A stretch of 64,000 bases of DNA, taken from positions 124,001 through 188,000 of the forward strand of contig BAAIJX010000019.1 of NCBI GenBank assembly GCA_054600435.1. Reading direction: 5' to 3'. How positions within the stretch are numbered: position 1 is the stretch's first letter; each line of letters begins with the position of its first letter. Positions 60,240-64,000 of this stretch are shown one piece after another. The notes below the pieces were generated by a model that was not told the DNA's origin, ran no database searches, and saw nothing but the letters and a program-made list of their open reading frames with translations. This DNA comes from Neophaeotheca triangularis (taxonomy: Eukaryota). Position numbers and translations under genes: made by a program.

Positions 60240-60336
60240 TGTGTTTCCAAAGATTGTTTTTCCGACTTAGTGCGATGGGCCAGGGATACATGTGGTAAAA
60301 GGCAACGAGTATACTGATTAACCCAACCGCGTCGGT
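60240..60336 (-). ncRNA. U5: U5 snRNA (possibly a variant copy; ends approximate)
   Basis: Invariant loop I TTGCCTTTTACCA; stems CCGAC/GTCGG and GCGGTTGGG/CCCATCGC; Sm-like site AATCTTTGG at 60255-60247. Confidence 0.8.
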
Positions 60337-60600
60337 GCTGGGTCTTCGGTTTTGCATCATATCTACTCTTGTTACATCGCCCCAGTTGTATCTCGCCCTC
60401 CAGGCATGGTGGCCCATGCGCAATGCTTCTGCCTAAGTCTCCCATGCCGCGTCCCACCTCTCTCCCAACATCCTCACCCACCACCATTTCAATCTCCGAC
60501 CTTGCGCGGTCTGGAAAGACCCTCACCATCTCCATTGCAGCGCACAAGCATCCATGGTGAGTAGCTGCTCTGCAATCTTCCCCTGGGACGCATCTCTCGC

Positions 60601-60682
60601 ATGATGAAAACACGACCCAACAGCGTATGGACGTTCTTTTTTCGAGTCCAATGATCGCATAACAAGTATTGTTTCAACCTGA
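60601..60682 (+). ncRNA. Intronic box C/D snoRNA 1, guide antisense to U6
   Basis: C box ATGATGA 60601-60607; D box CTGA 60679-60682; GTATTGTTTCAA (60666-60677) is the reverse complement of U6 nt 22-33. Confidence 0.75.
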
Positions 60683-60901
60683 CAACACGCGATTCTTCCG
60701 CCTACTCTTTTCACGTACGCGCCTTCAACCCACGCCCAGCTGACATTTGTACCGACAAGCGCGCGCAGGCGGCCGTCGGGACGCCCCATCCAAGCACCTT
60801 CGATGCGACATCATTCGCCGCGCTCTCTGTACCCAAGCTTCTGTGCCCCTTCATCATCGAAACACTGTAAGGTAAGATGAACTTATCCAACGCACCCTTG
60901 C

Positions 60902-60985
60902 ATGATGATCACCGCAGGCAGCGAGTGGACTGTTGCTAGTCCGTCATGAGCCACTGTCGACTACTACATAGAATCAACCATCTGA
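60902..60985 (+). ncRNA. Intronic box C/D snoRNA 2, guide antisense to the 18S rRNA 5' end
   Basis: C box 60902-60908; D box 60982-60985; GACTACT...AGAATCAACCA before box D. Confidence 0.75.
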
Positions 60986-61207
60986 ACTCACCTCAACCAC
61001 CCCACTACTATTCGCATAAGAAGAAGCCTCCCTAGCTGACACCGCTTTCCGAGGCAGCCACGCATAGAGCACTTCAACGAGCTCTACGCAGCACTGCAGC
61101 AGATACCCAGCTTCTCACCACCAATCTTTGGAACGTTGTCAAGAGGAGTCCTTGGGTGCCAAGTGACCTTTAGGTAAGACCAAACATATTTCCGATTCCA
61201 CATCAGC

Positions 61208-61293
61208 ATGATGAAATCCAAAATACCCGAGAACGACAGTTGCTTGTCTCCAGTGTTCGACCTTTGACTACGGGTTGAGAATCAACCATCTGA
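61208..61293 (+). ncRNA. Intronic box C/D snoRNA 3, paralogue of snoRNA 2
   Basis: C box 61208-61214; D box 61290-61293; shares the 18-nt AGAATCAACCATCTGAAC and upstream GACTAC with snoRNA 2. Confidence 0.75.
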
Positions 61294-61623
61294 ACAGCTC
61301 AGAATCCGTTCATCTGCATTGCTCATCCACGGAAGACGCGATCTGAAGCTGACGCCCTCTCCAACTAGGCAAATGCCATGATCTGCGACCTTCCTACAGC
61401 CAACGCAATCTGGCGTGGCGCAAGTAATGTTCGGCTGTGCGTGGCCCATAAGTGTCAGAGAAATTTGTGGAGAGACTTCCTTGGGACAGCTGCCATCTCG
61501 TCTGTGCTGCCCAAAGAGCCTCCAACGGTAGGGTAGCTGCTGGAAAACAGCAGCACCAGAGACTGCTAATGTTGCGCTGTGCCAGACGACGAGTAAGCAC
61601 CCTCCCATCTTTTGTCCTGCGTG

Positions 61624-61697
61624 CTCGCGAAGATGATACCAGGTTATCGCAATTGAGCACTGTGTGCGGTGAAAAGATCAAGAACGGCCTGAGCGGG
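61624..61697 (+). ncRNA. Intronic box C/D snoRNA 4, two guides antisense to the 18S h33/h34 region
   Basis: Degenerate C box AAGATGA 61630-61636; D box 61689-61692; terminal stem CTCGC/GCGGG; guides GTTATCGCAATTGAGCA and AAGAACGGC. Confidence 0.7.
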
Positions 61698-64000
61698 CGG
61701 CGACCTGGCGAGACAATTATGGACATCAGGACCGAGAGTCGCGCAGAAGCTGACAACATAGAGGTCCAGAGGAGCGATCACCGTAGATGCAAGAGCCACC
61801 GTAGAGTGTTCTGCAGACAAGCGTGCTGCAGATGTTACGCACGACAGTAAGGACGCCTTCGAAGAGGCCATGGCCTTTCTGGCCCGAGAGAGGTAGACAT
61901 AAACTGCTCGGGTTCGACAGCACTAACCGTTCGAGAAATCGAGGGTGGCCCTCGTCATCAGAGCCTCGAGCCAGACAAAAGGTATGCTGCAACCATCTCT
62001 TTGTTCTGATTTCATTATTCCTTATCCTATTCTTTCCCCATGCAACACATCCCGCACTCGGAACGCAGTACTGCTGTCGACGCCTCACGACGATTGCACG
62101 ACCAGAAGACTAAAGAGTAGCGCACCATGTTTTCGCAAAAGCTATTATGGTGCGAGTCGAGCCGATTAATATGCAAAAAAGGTCACAGAAGATGCACTCA
62201 AGTCTTGCGAGCCTTCCCGCAAACAATCCACTATTTCCGCCGCACCGGCCGCTCAGCCGCATTGCAACGTAGACTACTCAACTCTCGATCTCTTGAGCCC
62301 CAGGCCAGCTATCATTATGCTCAAGCCACCAAAGGCACGGCCTCCGGAAAAGGGATGAGAACGGAACACCGCCCACCTCCCAAGGCTCGCAGAGTCGCGG
62401 GCCTTTGCGGCTCCGCTATGGAGACAAGAAAGCCGACCACAAAAGAGGCCAATTGTGGATCTGGAGATGCAGCATCTTGAATCATGGCCTGCAATGAAGA
62501 CGGCCGAACAACAATTGGCGACTTTCATCGCTTGTCCATGTGTACAACATTCCGACGCTCCCTGCGACCGCTACTGTGTCTACGTCTCTCTCTCACCCGC
62601 ACGACACCGCAAAGAAAGCTGGAAAGAGTAGAAGGGAACCGGTAAGTAAATTTGCGGGAGGAGGCTTTCGAAAATCGAACAAGACACTTCTTGATGTAGG
62701 GAGCGTAGACGGAGCGCGCAGAGCACCGATACTTGATGAAGCCTGTCTGGGAATCCTCACCTCCCTAGCTCCCACGCTTCTTACTTGAGGCCATTGCCCC
62801 TCCTCGCGAACGGCCAGAGCTGGAAAGTAAGGAACCGAGTAAGAGCTGGGGCAACAATGAAGGTTCAGTAATTGCAGGCGGAAGCTGTGAACAATCGGTA
62901 GGATTTTGCAGCGACAATAGCTGGGTTGGGAAGCAAGAGACGGAAGCAATCATACCGAGATGTTCGCGTGTCCGAGCATGCTGGATATTTGGCACGGCAA
63001 GAGCATGTTGGTACAAGCACGGAGGGGCAATGAGCACCCCCGGGTCCGAGTAAAAGCGACGGTGAGTTTCCACCGCTCAAGATCCAGAAAATAACAAGCG
63101 AGGTGTGTCTACGCTGGGGCTATCCAGCCTTGACACTCGAGAGCTCTGTTCGATATCGAGATTGGAGCCTAGGCCTCATTTGAAACACTATCACACCACA
63201 TGATCTGTCACGCTTTTCGCGCTATTGGGCTGCTTGGGTGATCGTTGTTATGGGCCGCTGACAAATGCGGCTCAGGAGTCAGACGCATTCCCCTTGCCAC
63301 TGCGTCGGCCGCCCATCTTTCCAAGACTCCTAGTCAGATCAACAAAGTTCTTCGAAGCATCCGTTTGTCAACTTGGCTCGCGAGAGGCGACTGGCGCTTG
63401 AGCATCATGACAAAGTCAAGACTCCATGTCTTCGAGAAGAGAGATGTGTTGCGGGCATCCGCTGACCCATAGCCAGACTAGCTGGGCTCTCAGAGCCGTA
63501 AACGAATCAATGAGGGTTTCGGACACCATGTACGGCATTGACGAGCCTTGGCAGCTCGCGTCGCTATTGCCCTGAGAATGCCCAAATCACATGGCCGAAC
63601 AGTGACAGGCCGAAGCAAGGTCGTAAGCAGCTTACCCTTCAAATGGTCTCTGCCTCGCCCGGCCGGAGGTTCGTCTACCAAGGTCAAAGCTACCTGGTAC
63701 AAGGCTGCTGTTATAGGCCTCACCACAGCCACCACGTCTCTCTTGATGCTGTCTTCCGTCCTCTCCACTAAGCCCCTCTTCCCTCCCGAGTTTCCGTCCG
63801 AAATACCATGCCTTTGAAACACCACAAGAAGCCGCGACAACCTTCTCCATGCCCAGAGGGAAAAGATCAAAGGAAGGAAGAGTTCGGAAAGATATGGGGA
63901 AACAATATAGCGGGGAGAAAGAGACACTCGGCGATGTTGGCGTCGAAGTCATAGGGAAAAGCTGGCGAGATGTCAAGAGGAGATGACAATCACAAGGCTT

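Larger units (their letters stand above)
60421..61769 (+). ncRNA. Multi-intron snoRNA host transcript (extent uncertain, may continue to the right)
   Basis: Consecutive introns with canonical signals: 60557-60759/60768, 60867/60872-61057, 61174-61368, about 61420-61585, 61593-61761/61769, each with a GCTGAC/GCTAAT branch point; exons short with no recognisable protein. Confidence 0.7.

Noticed and set aside
60199..60330. tRNA gene suggested by GTTCGAGCC plus a T run
   Set aside because: No cloverleaf or D arm; the upstream sequence fits U5 loop I, stems and Sm site instead
60955..61200. A true U3 snoRNA gene
   Set aside because: The box A-like segment sits directly before a D box at the 3' end of an ~85-nt intronic unit, and no U3 hinge or B/C, C'/D domain is evident downstream
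62000..64000. Short ORFs at the right end
   Set aside because: No motifs or consistent gene structure

Overview
A 64-kb window of a filamentous ascomycete genome; the gene content and orphan families look Dothideomycete-like, which is an inference. The left half holds ordinary genes: the 3' end of AP-3 beta, nuf2, two F-box-like genes, a GMC oxidoreductase pseudogene, a small secreted protein, rev7, importin-9/Kap114, peroxisomal Lon and a hybrid histidine kinase. From about 30 kb onward, met5 and a Zn-type dehydrogenase sit inside a non-coding-RNA-rich neighbourhood that the ORF track misses. It has four U6 snRNA genes in two sequence variants arranged A(-) B(-) ... B(+) A(+), each with a -30 TATA-like element, an internal A box and a B box just downstream of the terminator. 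These are interleaved with two tandem families of orphan protein genes, some decayed. Further right are a U5 snRNA-like gene followed by a B box and T12 run, and a multi-intron host transcript carrying four intronic box C/D snoRNA candidates. One snoRNA has a perfect 12-nt guide against the neighbouring U6 RNA, two share a U3-like bipartite guide to the 18S 5' end, and one has two guides to the 18S helix 33/34 region. All calls were made by eye from motifs; reference RNA sequences are recalled from memory and no searches were run.
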